DNA of 64,000 nt from Octopus sinensis (lineage: Eukaryota), in contig NC_042998.1 of NCBI RefSeq assembly GCF_006345805.1, positions 5,456,001-5,520,000 of the forward strand. Direction: 5' to 3'. Shown one piece after another: positions 25,916 through 38,259 of the stretch (position 1 is the stretch's first letter; each line of letters begins with the position of its first letter). The position numbers were made by a program, and so were the translations under genes. Under the pieces are notes generated by a model. That model saw only the letters and a program-made list of their open reading frames with translations, did no database searches and was not told the DNA's origin.

Positions 25916-25941
25916 GTGTCAGAAAAAAGATAAGAAGTTCT
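25916..25941 (+). other. Candidate 26-nt micro-exon
   Basis: Pyrimidine-rich acceptor tttgtttttctttcctcaag and donor gtaagt; two of three frames open; no homology support. Confidence 0.2.
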
Positions 25942-26090
25942 GTAAGTGTTTTCCCATACGTTTTGCACGTTATGTAGCTTCGGTGTTTTGTATTGAAAAA
26001 ATATAGCCAGGTTTATTTCAATTTCATGCTTTGCATGAACAAACAATATTTACAAGTTAGAAAAATACATAAACCTAGAATATTCCAATG

Positions 26091-26127
<37 letters not shown>

Positions 26128-26219
26128 GGGAGAGTTTACGAAAAAAAAACAAAAGACGAAGACAGGTGGTGTACAAAACAAACAGATGTATTAGTATAAC
26201 GCTCAGGAATAGAAAAAGT

Positions 26220-26255
26220 CTTTTACGTTTCGAGCCTACGCTCTTCTACAGAAAG
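26220..26255 (-). ncRNA. Minimal hammerhead-like motif with CUGUAGA core
   Basis: CUUU CUGUAGA A GAGC-GUAG-GCUC GAAAC GUA AAAG. Confidence 0.65.
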
Positions 26256-26324
26256 GGACACAGAAAACAAGGAGAGAAAAAATGTGTGTAGTGGCTAACG
26301 ATCTATCATGGCGTGTATATATAT

Positions 26325-26355
<31 letters not shown>

Positions 26356-26387
26356 CCTTGTTTCTCTCCGTGTTTCTGTTCTGTGTA

Positions 26388-26425
26388 TCTTTCTGTTGAA
26401 GAGCGTAGGCTCGAAACGTAAAAGA
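26388..26425 (+). ncRNA. Minimal hammerhead-like motif with CUGUUGA core
   Basis: UCUUU CUGUUGA A GAGC-GUAG-GCUC GAAAC GUA AAAGA. Confidence 0.65.
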
Positions 26426-26535
26426 CTTGTTTTATTTATATTCCTGAGCGCCATACTAATACAATTGTTTGTTTGTACTCCTCCTGCCTTCGTCTTTTGT
26501 TTATTTTCATAAAGCTTCCCGTTATATATATATAT

Positions 26536-26573
<38 letters not shown>

Positions 26574-26902
26574 GCATGCATGCACACACACACACACCAC
26601 ACACACACACACACACATACACACATACACACATACATACATACATACATACATACATACATACATACATACATACATACATACATACCTGAATATTTAT
26701 ACAGATGAGTATTATGTTTCCAATATTGGAGCTATATTTAGAATCAAAAATGCAAATTCTCCGCTTTTCCTTCAAACATTCAATTTTAGAGAGAATTTTT
26801 TGATGAAGTGTGGCTACATTTCGGTATTGCAGCTCGTCCCGTGAACATTTGTAAAATGGAAAGCTTTTGAATTTTCCGTCGCTGCATATATATATATATA
26901 TA

Positions 26903-27920
26903 TCTATATATATAAAACTCTAGTTGTGTGAGTGTCTGTCCCCTTCGATTTAGATTCCTAACTCCTCCCACATTTTGCGGTGCAGTTTAACCAAATTCGG
27001 GTATCTTATAGTCGTGATTCATATCGAGCCCGTCTGACTATTAGCGCGCGTCAACGATGAGTCTACGATTTTTAAAATAATTTAACATCATTTTTTATTC
27101 CATTTTAATGCATAAAATGCATCGTATGTCGATGGCGGCGGAGTTGGCGTCCACGCTCACAGCTGCACCTGTTTTCTTCTCCCCCTTCCCTCCCTCGTGA
27201 AGCTGTGGGGAAGGGAGTGTAAAGAAATCAACGTCGTAATGCGTTGTGAAGGAAACCAGCGTTCTTTTAGAACAACAACTTCATGGCTTGAAGACACCAA
27301 AACAAAAATGGCTAAGAAAGCCCGAATTTATAAGGGAAGTAACTCTCTAAAAATGCTTATATAGTTATTTCCCTTACAAACCCGAGCAACGCCGGGCGAT
27401 ACTGCTAGTATATATATAAAACTGTAGTTGTGTGAGTGTCTGTCCCCTTCGATTTAGATTCCTAACTACTCCCACATTTTGCGGTGCAGTTTAACCAAAT
27501 TCGGGTATCTAATAGTCGTGATTCATATCGAGCCCGTCTGGGTATTAGTGCGCGTCTACGATGAGTCTACGATTTTAAAAATAATTTAACATCATTTTTT
27601 ATTCCATTTTAATGCATAATTTTTCGTGTGTCGATGGCGGCGGAGTTGGCGTCCATGGTCACACCTGCACCAGTGTTGCTTCTCCCCCTTCTTCCCTCCC
27701 TCGTGAAGCTGTGGGGTAGGGAGTGTAAGGAAATCAACGTCGTAAAGCGTTGTCAAGGAGACCAGCGTTCTTTTAGAACAACGACTTCATGGCTTGAAGT
27801 CGCCAAAACAGAAATGGCTAAGAAAGCCCGAATTGGCATCTATAAGGGAAGTAACTCTCTAAAAATGCTTATATAGTTATTTCCCTTACAAACCCGAGCA
27901 ACGCCGGGCGATACTGCTAG
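26903..27920 (+). mobile_element. Head-to-tail dimer of non-autonomous Helitron (26903-27408, 27409-27920)
   Basis: First unit starts TC; both end cccgagcaacgccgggcgatactgCTAG|T; units are highly similar. Confidence 0.9.
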
Positions 27921-28053
27921 TATATATATATATATATATATATAACGGATAATAAAACGAATGGTTTACCCCTGGTTGCTTACTTATAAGCACGGTCACT
28001 TTCACAGTGATCGTTATGTATATGGCGAATGAAAGACGGAAGAGGGAAAATAA

Positions 28054-28212
28054 CTCTTACTCTTTACTCTTTTACTTGTTTCAGTCATTTGACTGCGGCC
28101 ATGCTGGAGAGAAAAAATAAATATTAGGGAATAAATCCAAATTTACAGGGAAAATCAGATTTAGGATTGAATCCAATTTTATAGTAAAATATTATATAAT
28201 ATTAATTAGAGA

Positions 28213-28261
<49 letters not shown>

Positions 28262-28431
28262 ATATATACGACAGGCTTCTTTCAGTTTCCGTCTAACAAA
28301 TCCACTCACAAGGCATTGATCGGCCCGAGGCTATAACAGAAAACACTTGCCCAAGATGCCACGCAGTGGGACTGAATCCGGAACTATGTGGTTGGTAAGC
28401 AAGCTACTTACCACACGGCCACTCCTGCGCC
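28054..28431 (-). mobile_element. Interrupted SINE family A (tail end 28054-28108, head 28268-28431)
   Basis: Matches to other copies; unrelated AT-rich segment plus (TA)n lies between. Confidence 0.8.
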
Positions 28432-29544
28432 TAAGAGAATTTATTATAAGAGAATTTATTATAAGAGAATTTATTATTAATCACGACAATTGTTTCGACA
28501 CATCTTGCATAAATTCTTCAAATGGTTCAGGAACATCCGGCGGTGAAGATATATCTCGTCAGGTGATAAATAAATACAAATCGTTAAAATAACAGTTTTG
28601 TAATGTAACTTTCCGTTTTGTAGAGAGAAAAGCAGCCAGGATGTGGAAATATCTTGATTGATAGAGAAGATCAAAAATAAAATCAGAGATGAGAAAAAGA
28701 GAAACGAACACGCAATCCAGCGAGAAAAGTATTAAAATAACTGTTTACAAATATGGATGTATAAACGGCCTCGGACAAGCTGCATCGCGCGAGTACATTC
28801 GCTCATACAAACATTCGCAAATATGTGAGCATACGCACACCTGAGGTTTTGTGCACTCATGATCACAAAGCGAGTTTGCTATTTACTTGGTGTTTATAAG
28901 AATGGGGAGGTTAAAAGTAAACTTAAGTCATCCATACCTTAAAGTAAATTAAATTAAGTTAACGGTTATTCAAACTCCATTCCCACTGCATTGTGCAAAA
29001 GTACATTTATATGCATGTATGCATCTCGAGAGACATTCAGAAATTCTATTAACGATTTTCTCATTAGTCCACAGAATAGACAGGGATTCCTCGGAGCAGA
29101 GACAGCATCTCCTGGAAATTATATTGTATGGCTTCGCATACCTTACTATGGACCCAAGTTATGCTGTATTTCATTTTATCCTTCCTCAGTTGCCATACAA
29201 AATCTGCCAAAGATGTTGAACATCTTCCATTGATTGTCTTTAAAACTGGCAACATGGTTACGATTCTTAAATAGATCAGTCGTGTGACCAATTAAACATA
29301 GGACCCTCCCCTTGTGTGCACGGAACATTTATATACATAATTTGTACTCATACAGAGATTCATCAAAGGACATTTTGATTTTTCTCTGCATGATTTATTT
29401 ATTTGTATATAAGGCGGTCCCGACTCCATTTACTGGCGTTGTTACCGTGTTACCTGTATTATAAGTATTTCTACTACTACAAATTGGTCGTAACTGGTGT
29501 TTATCATTGCGGTTTGCATCTCCTTGGTTGGTATAATATATATA

Positions 29545-30780
29545 TCAGGTTGAGTGAAAAGTTTTTCTCGGATTTTACTGATGACTTTTGGCAATTTGTA
29601 TCTCGATGTTATATCTTTAAATTGATGCAACTTGATGTCGAATTGTTCTTAAATTGTTTATCCTTTATTTCTGTATATAACACCAGCAGTATCGCCCGGC
29701 GTTGCTCGGGTTTGTAAGGGAAATAACTATATAAGCATTTTTAGAGATGTAAAGTATAATAACCATCTCAATATGGCTAACCACAAAGGTGGGGTGTTAC
29801 TGTAGCTTTTTACGTTCTGAGATTTAATAATAAATTTTTAGAGAGTTACTTCCCTTATATATGCCAAAAATGCATTAAAAATGGGAAAAATTGATGGTAA
29901 TTTTTTTTTATCGTAGACTCATCGTAGACGCGCGCTAATACCCAGAAGGGCTCGATATGAATCACGACTATAAGATACCCGGTTTTGGTTAAACTGCACC
30001 GCAAAATGTGGGAGTAGTTAGGAATCTAAATCGTAGGAGACAAACAGCACACAACCTCACTTTTGTATATAAAGATATAAACTAAAATTGTTTATTTTTT
30101 ATCTTACAGCTTTGATAATGAAGGGTGAAAATATTGCAATTGGAGTCACTTAAATCTACCTGTGAAAAAATGAACCGGGTACAAGGTTAGCGTCAAAAGT
30201 AATTAATATGGAATACTCAGAAAATTTCAATGAACGTGATGTACAAACTGGTTCAGAAGTTTCAAGGAAGATGAAGCCAGCTTCAAAAGCAAACCAAGGT
30301 CAGGGAGACCTTCTTTTGCGAGAGATGAGACCTTGCTTGAAACGCTTAAACAGCCAAGCACAAACTCTCGTACGTTGTTGGCAGAACTTGATCCTTGACA
30401 AAGGACCATAAATTGACACATCCGTAAGGTCAGCCTTGTGAAGAGACACTGTCGAGAAGTTCTTCATGAGCTGACCAATGACCAAGCTCAAACGACATGT
30501 GAGCGCGCACTTAAAAACAATTGTTGACACATCTTCGAGATGCCCGTTTTTGACGTCGAATTGCAATTGGGAATGAAAAATGAATCCATTTCCGCATTCT
30601 AATAAGAGGAATCAGTAGCTCTGTTCCTGCCAGGTTTCAGAAACTGTTATCAAACAAGGGTGCTTTAAACACAAGGTTATGTTTTGTGTCTTATGGAATT
30701 TTGAGGGAGTGTTGCACTTTGAGATTGTCCCTCGTGGTCATGCTGGGAATACTAATCTTTATCCCCAACAACTGCGGCGA
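29545..30780 (+). mobile_element. Decayed mariner transposon (putative left TIR after TA, transposase pseudogene ~30118-30780), interrupted by a Helitron
   Basis: NWFRSFKE..KPRSGRPS, REVLHELT (WVPHELT), RRIAIGNEK*I (TGDEKW), KVMFCVLWNFEGVLHFEIVP. Confidence 0.8.
29683..30075 (-). mobile_element. Non-autonomous Helitron nested in the mariner 5' region
   Basis: Close match to 7074-7469. Confidence 0.88.
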
Positions 30781-31120
30781 GGATACTTCACTGGGAAAGT
30801 AATAATGGAGTTATCATCGTAAGTTTTTTAACTATCTTAAATTATTGCGACGCTCAATTAATTCTCAATATCGGGATAAAAGTTTTGCCTCATGGAAGCA
30901 GTTACAAAGTAGATCCGATTTTGTATTGAAACAGATTGTATCAGGAAATAATATAAACATCTTTATAAACAACTTTACGTGGATGTATTACAAGAGCGTC
31001 GAATACTGCATGATTTACTTTGAGAAGATGTTTCATATGGACGCATGGTGTTTAAAAACAAACATATTTATATCGCTGGCAGACGAGAATCATTTACTAT
31101 GGGTGCCTCTAATAATTATT

Positions 31121-31541
31121 GGATCTTTTCGGTTTGAACGGCAGTTTTTTCTAGCGGTGTCATATGAAATTGTCACCCATAATTATGACCCTAGTATCGA
31201 TCTATTGCATTTCAATCTGTTTTAGGGTCAGAGTTAGTTACGGTTAGGGTTAGGGGTGGGGGAAGGGTACCTTTTTTCTTCACAAATGTAAATAGACCCA
31301 ATCAGTTTCTTATAAGAGGGACATATTCATACGGTACAGAATGTTTTTACCTCAATAGACGTCACTGATTGGTTGAAATTGCAGAAATTTAAGAAAAATA
31401 TCTTACAACCTATAGAATTTTCTCAATAAAGCCAAGAGAAAAAGATGTTTTATAAACACATTCTACCAGTATACGAAGTTTAAAAGTGTTTAGTTACGTG
31501 CAAATTATTTTAAGAAACTACCGTTCAAACCGAAAAGGTCC
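31121..31541. mobile_element. MITE with ~30-bp TIRs starting GG and an 8-bp TSD (Merlin-, MULE- or hAT-type)
   Basis: ggatcttttcggtttgaacggcagttt ... aaactaccgttcaaaccgaaaaggtcc; TSD taattatt at 31113-31120 and 31542-31549. Confidence 0.85.
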
Positions 31542-31856
31542 TAATTATTTTTTTATATATAAGAATCTCTTCTGTTAAAAAAAGATGACGACGAAATGTT
31601 TCTGTTATTGCTATGCTTGTAAAAGTGCAAAAGCTAGAACGAAGCAAAATAATCAAAAATTATTGCTACCAGTTTCTCTTAGTGAATATAACCCAATTTC
31701 ATTCAGGTCTACTCGGTCCACATTTTATAAGATGAGGAATTTTGTCTTGGAGGTCACGCCTTTCATTTGAAGAAAAAAATAGTTGCCATGCAAGCTCGCC
31801 AGCACTTTTAACATAGGTGTGCATATTTTCAGCTCAACCGACCACATAATGCACAC

Positions 31857-31921
<65 letters not shown>

Positions 31922-32369
31922 TATATATATATATATACGCATTATATATATGTGTGTGTACGCATTATATATACAAATGTATGCAAATATATATATTATA
32001 TATATATATAAATACAGATATATACACTTTGTATATATACATTATATATACATATTTATATATAGAACACACACACACACACATATAAATTAACCCAATA
32101 AATATCTGATTCATAATATTTGTTCTCATGATTGTGTGGTGGCGGTGGCGATAATAAAACTCTATGAATGCAGACAGACATACAGAGAGAGAGGGGGAGG
32201 CGGTGGGGGAAAGAGGGACAGCACTGGCGAAGGCAGCGGGGGAAAGATAGTAGTATCTGTCAAACGTTGTTATAGAGAGAAAGTGATGGGAAGGGAGGAA
32301 ACAGAGAGAGAGACGGAGGAAGACTGCAGATAAGAGAATGAGAGGAGACGTGTCAAAGTGTGTGTTTTT

Positions 32370-32547
32370 TGCCCTAGTAACCACACCTTTTAAGATAGGG
32401 ATTTCTACCCTAGCCCACTCGCATCCTCGCCTCATTTTACATGTCCCTGTAAATTTTGGAGTCAATCCGACGGCATCTAGTGCCCTTTAACCCGTTCCAA
32501 TGCCAAAACCAGACAAACAAACTTTTCGCATTTTTAGATTTATAGAT
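32370..32547 (-). mobile_element. Possible 5' end of a second non-autonomous Helitron family
   Basis: Minus strand a|tctataaatctaaaaatgcgaaaagtttgtttgtctgg resembles common Helitron-MITE 5' ends; 3' end not found. Confidence 0.35.
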
Positions 32548-32696
32548 ATTGATATATCGTTGAATTGAAACTTTCTGAACATTATTGTGGTGGCCTAGTT
32601 ACTTTATAATACACCAATAAAATAAAGCGCTGGAATAACAAGTACAGAAGTAGCTCCAATCTCATAACTATACAGTTTTGTTGTTGGAGTATGTTA

Positions 32697-33880
32697 GAAA
32701 TACTGCGGAAACAATACTGCTCTGTCTTTAGTGTTCCCACTGATATTGACGTAAGAGAAACGAACGAAGCTGACATAAAATCTCAGACATAACCTTCACT
32801 GCCACTGACATCGTAGCAGCAATAAATGAGGTCAAATACTACTCTGCTGTAGGCCCTGATAGATTCCCCGCTAGTCTCCTGAGGAAATGTAGACACCAAC
32901 TTGCAGTCCCTCTGACCAACCTCTGGAGAAATTCGTTAGACGCAGGTTATATACCGAAACAGCTTCTATCCCAGTCGGTCATCCCGGTTTTCAAACAGGG
33001 AAACAGATCCCTCGCAGTCAACTATCGCCCAATCTCACTCACCTCCCACATCATTAAAATGTTTGAAAGAGTGTTAAGATCAAGGATAGCTGACTTCCTG
33101 GAGACCCACAAACTCCTAAATGCAAATCAGCATGGCTTTCGCTGTGGCAGGGACTGTCTAACACAGCTCTTACACCACATTGAAGATGTACTCAAAGCCT
33201 TGGGAACAGGTTCGAACTCTGACGTCATATATCTTGACTTCAGTAAAGCGTTTGACAGGGTAGACCATAATATCCTACTCTCAAAATTGGCAAATGTTGG
33301 AATCCGTGGAAACGTTCTACACTGGATTAAGTATTTCCTGGCGAATAGAACACAACATGTTGTAGTTGATGAAGTCCACTCAAGCCCAGCAAAAGTCACC
33401 AGCGGTGTTCCCCAGGGGTCTGTTTTGGGTCCGCTACTCTTCATAATTTACATAAACGACCTTTCCAGTGTCGTACATTACTGCAAAGTGAAAATATTTG
33501 CTGATGACACTAAGCTCCAGCAAATCGTCAATGAAGAAGCAGACCGAACTCAACTCCAGTCTACAACATACATGAACACTGCAACATAATTTCTTTTCCT
33601 CAACAGGCCCTGCCCTATTTAACATTGTCCCGAGGGAGATCAAAGAGGAAAAGGATCCCATCAACTTTAAACAGAGTCTGGATAGATTCCTTCAAAGAAT
33701 ACCAGATAAACCACCCATAATTGGATACAACTCACCCAACAAGAACTCACTACTTGAACAAAACTTGACTTAAACAAAACTTGACTTAAACAGGATTAGA
33801 ATAATCCTATCAGGTGGTGCTATTAAGTTAGACATGGCCTGGACCAATCTTTGGTCGAAACATATCTAAGTTATCTAAGT
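32697..33880 (+). mobile_element. CR1-group LINE, 5'-truncated, RT domain fused by internal deletion to the C-terminus and 3' UTR
   Basis: EILRKQYCSVFS; open frame 32774-33589 with NYRPISLTS, QHGFR, YLDFSKAFDRVDH, GVPQGSVLGPLLF, FADDTK; tail (tatctaagt)n. Confidence 0.92.
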
Positions 33881-33945
33881 TATATATATAACATACTCCA
33901 ACAACAAAACTGTATAGTTATGAGATTGGAACTACTTCTGTACTT

Positions 33946-33980
<35 letters not shown>

Positions 33981-35522
33981 AATAAATACATATACACACA
34001 CACAATCGAAAACATATACATATATATATATATGCATGCATATGTATGCATTGAAGTATCACCGGTTTATTGACAATGTGCATTCCTGCATGAAATATAT
34101 CGATATCTAGTCTTGTATTATCAGCTGTGACTATGAAATAATTTTTAATGAGTGCCAGGAGGAATATTTCATCCGGTTGCGCAATAGGTTTATGTGTTGT
34201 GCTCATTATAATTATTATATCGTTCGGTGTTTTTTCATTCAGAAATAATTGGCATGAGATACAGTTGGGGAAGGTTAAGTATGTAGGTGTGCATGTTAGT
34301 GTGTGTGTGTGTCTGTGTGTGTTTATGCATGTATGTATTCAATGTAGTTATTCTTTTACTAATAACATTAGCCAAGTTGTTGTTTTTGTGAACCAATCTT
34401 TTGTTGAAAGAGCAGACCTATGAGCAATGCTTTCACCGATTGGTCATTCATATATCAAGAGCAACATTGGTTAATGTACCTTTTCATTTTTAAGATGATT
34501 GCTAAATCTAATAGCTTACGTAGTCATGCAGAGGCTCACGTGTTAGCTTGACGTTTAACGCATTCATGGCTGTTTTTAGGGAACAAGACCTTACCAAACG
34601 AAGACAAACCGAGAAATGGACCCTACTTGAGTAAGATAGCTTCTTGATCGTACGGACGCTGTCAAAGGTTTGTGTAAAATGAGTTACAGGTAAAGATACC
34701 AGTTGTTCCGGTGGGAAAGGATTCGGAAATTCAACTGGCCGAAGAGGAGATGGAGAGACTGTTTAGAGTGGAGGAGGAGGAAAAGAGAGAAGAAAGAGTT
34801 CAAAATAAAGAAAATACAAGGAGGAGATGGAGTATGGTATTACGTGACCTACCCAAAGAATGTAGAAATAGAGAAGAAGATAGTCAAGTTTAATCAAATA
34901 GTAAGAGTGAAAGTACCATCATAGATATATGCAGAGGATATGAAGGCGATAGTGATCGAAAAGGAAAACTACAAGAAACTGGAAGAAATGTGTGGAGATG
35001 GTATTGACCCACCAGGAGTAAGGGTGGAATTCAAAGAATTGCCATCAGAAGTGGATTTAATAGAAATTGAACCATTCATGAAGTACTAATAAAAAGAAAA
35101 TAATTATGTTAAATTGACAGGAAAAAAAAGAAAAGAAAAAAGAAAAAGGAAAGAAAGAAAAAGGAAAAAAAGAAAGAGCCAGGTGTTTTATGTTATGTTT
35201 TTTTTTTAAATATTGAAAAATAGAAGAACAATTGTAGAGGATATATATAACGGTTCAAATCCTTGCAATGGTATGTAACACGATAATTAATTGTTATGTA
35301 AATACATTATAAAAATGGACTGAAAAAAAGGATTAATGGTTCTGCATGTGATGAGGGGCGCATGCAGCCATTGTTATATAATCATCTCATTCATATTTGT
35401 TTTATGCATTGTCCCCTCTGTGGAGTCCTGTCCGTCCTTGTTTGTCCCCCTCTATTTTGGGCCCTTGAGGCTAGTAAAGAAAAGAAAAGTTTGTGTAAAA
35501 TCAAGAAAGTATAAGTTTCCTT

Positions 35523-35936
35523 CTCTTTTACTCTTTTACTTGTTTCGGTCATTTGACTGCGGCCATGCTGGAGTACCGCCTTTAGTCGAGCAAATCGACC
35601 CCAGGACTTATTCTTTGTAAGCCTAGTACTTATTATATCGGTCTATTTTGCAGAACCGCTAAGTTACGTGGACGTAAACACACCAGCATCGGTTGTTAAG
35701 CGATATTGGGAGGACAAACACAGACACACAAACATATACACACACACACATACATATATATACACATATACATATATATGACGGGCTTCTTTCAGTTTCG
35801 GTCTACCAAATCTACTCACAAGGCTTTGGTTTTGCCCGAGGTTATAGTAGAAGACACTTGCCGAAGGTGCCACGCAGTGGGACTGAACTCGGAACCATGT
35901 GGTTGGTTAGCAAGCTACTTACCACACAGCCACTCC
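35523..35936 (-). mobile_element. SINE family A, full length
   Basis: Head, microsatellite and tail all present. Confidence 0.92.
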
Positions 35937-36011
35937 CTTAAATTTCTTTTTCTGAAAAATAAAGATGAGTTGAAAAAATATTAAACTGAAGTTGTCTACA
36001 CATACACACGG

Positions 36012-36042
<31 letters not shown>

Positions 36043-36494
36043 TGCGCGCGTGCACGTACGTACGTATGTACGTTGAGCACTGTGGTCACGTAATCGATTT
36101 ACCTCTTTCCCTGAACAATTGAGGGCACGTGACCAATGCGAGTAGGCTGTAGTATATACGGATACCAATGATTATATACCAATCATTTGTGTGAAAGGGA
36201 CATCAAGGATAATGCAGCTAAAATTGAGTTATCAGAGTTCAGAGGCAACAACAAAATATTTTGTTCATTATTCCTAGTGCTGTATACTGCGAGTTGATGG
36301 AGTACATGCAGTTCCTCATGGAGGCAGAATTAGTAATTACGACTTCCAGATGAGTAAGGAGGGGCGCTGCCAAAGGTACTCCTTTTGAAGTTGGAAATTC
36401 ATATCTTGATCTACTGGTGCCTGTGACTAGATTTCTAATTACAGGTGGAAATAGCTAGAATGTCAATGAATATAAAAAGTCTTCATATTGGGAT

Positions 36495-36533
<39 letters not shown>

Positions 36534-36535
36534 GT

Positions 36536-36921
36536 GGAGGCGCAATGGCCCAGTGGTTAGGGCAGCGGACTCGCGGTCGTAGGATCGCGGTTTCGATTCC
36601 CAGACCAGGCGTTGTGAGTGTTTATTGAGCGAAAACACCTAAAGCACCACGAGGCTCCGGCAGGGGATGGTGGTGATCCCTGCTGTACTCTTTCACCACA
36701 ACTTTTCTCACTCCTACTTCCTGTTTCTGTTGTACCTGTATTTCAAAGGGCCGGCCTTGTCACTCTCTGTGTCACGCTGAATATCCCTGAGAACTACGTT
36801 AAGGGTGCACGTGTCTGTGGAGTGCTCAGCCACTTACACGTTAATTTCACGAGCAGGCTGTTCCGTTGATTCGGATCAACCGGAACCCTCGTCGTCGTAA
36901 CCGACGGAGTGCTTCCATCCA
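36536..36921 (+). mobile_element. SINE family C, full length, within an (AGC)/(AGT)n tract
   Basis: tRNA-like head with A/B boxes; flanked by gtagtagt repeats. Confidence 0.88.
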
Positions 36922-37065
36922 GTAGTAGTAGTAGTAGTAATTGCACGTCCAGGAAGTCAACTTTTATCAAGTTGGTGGTAATTGTTATAGTTAAGCCGAA
37001 TTCTTAGACGATTTTGATCAGAATTCTCCTAAATTTATCCATGATGTGATGATTCGTGACCATAC

Positions 37066-37300
37066 CTATGCCCCGTCGAAACATGAGTGGAGTGCGCATC
37101 TCATCAGTCTCCAGGATGAATAGGCCGACGAGGACAGCGACCTCAGTTTCGTCGGCGCTCTTCATGGATGCCGCAAACAGTGAGTCACCGTCTTTTTTTA
37201 CGTAATGGGAATTATCAGTATGTCGTTTTGATAGTATTACAACCGTGTAACGGCAACCATTTTGAAGTTGTTTCAAAGTCTCCACTGTGGATTTGAACAT
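37066..37300 (-). other. Candidate coding exon or unidentified TE fragment
   Basis: GC-richer unique island; 98-codon minus ORF; ctcatcag acceptor and atag|gtatgg donor; product not recognised. Confidence 0.2.
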
Positions 37301-37437
37301 CTGATGAGATGTACGTCCCCTACTCGCACATGAGACTTTAAATAACGTGGAGGAGTTGAGACAGAAAATTGTTATTATACGGAAAGAAGATAGACAAACA
37401 GACCGACAGGCAGACAGATAGATAAATAGATATTATA

Positions 37438-37668
37438 TATTTCTTTATTGCCCACAAGGGGCTAAATATAGAGGGGACAAACAAAGACAGACAAAGGGAT
37501 TAAGTCGATTACATCGACCCCAGTGCGTAACTGGTACTTTATTTATTGACCCCGAAAGGATGAAAGGCAAAGTCGACCTCGGCGGAATTTGAACTCAGAA
37601 CGTAACGACAGACGAAATACCGCTAAGCATTTCACACGGCGCGCTAACGTTTCTGCCGGCTCGCCACC
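37438..37668 (-). mobile_element. tRNA-derived SINE family B
   Basis: ggcgagc..gaaacgttagc..gagttcaaattccgccgaggtcgactttgcctttcatcctttcggggtc..aataaagaa. Confidence 0.92.
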
Positions 37669-38259
37669 TTTATCGATAGATATTATACTAAACTATAAAG
37701 TCATATTCAACACGAAGTAGAGTAATTTGATGTTCCTCACTTCTTAATAAATTACTATATAGTTGTGAGCGTGCGCACGTGCGCATGTGTACGTGTATAC
37801 CTGCATAGATTGAATAAATACTATTACTTCGAAAATACAGATTGCGATATTTAGTTCATCAGAGTTATGTGCCTTGTGTAAAGATCAACTTTCGTGTCAT
37901 CATTTACGAGTTCGATAAAATATTTATTTTAAACGATACGAACATACGTCACGTGACAGTATTCAGAAGCAAAGCGTGTGTGATCAATGCAGAATATTTC
38001 ACTGGCTACAGAGATATGGGAATTTGAAATAAATCAATATCTTTCAATGTATTTCTCATTCCACTCTGGGAACCGAAGGATTACAAGATACTCACAATCG
38101 GAATTTTCTTATAAACAGTGACATCGTCCGTCACTGTGTCATAATAAAACTTGGTAGAGTGTAAGAGGTTTAAGTACATTCTAAACAATTTTTTTTAATA
38201 CTGCCAGATGTGAAAAGCAACATCATTTGATAGAAATAAAGTTAAGATGAGAATTGGTT

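Larger units (their letters stand above)
26125..26523. mobile_element. Head-to-head pair of small hammerhead elements (26125-26315 -, 26355-26523 +) separated and flanked by (TA)n
   Basis: Arms are reverse-complement homologues; a third copy is at 63581-63790. Confidence 0.85.

Noticed and set aside
33835-33865. gacca-atctt-tggtc-gaaac in the LINE 3' UTR looks like stem II plus GAAAC
   Set aside because: No CUGANGA; ordinary LINE 3' stem-loop
34700-35090. Purine-rich ORF fragments as LINE ORF1 or host exon
   Set aside because: No diagnostic motif recognised
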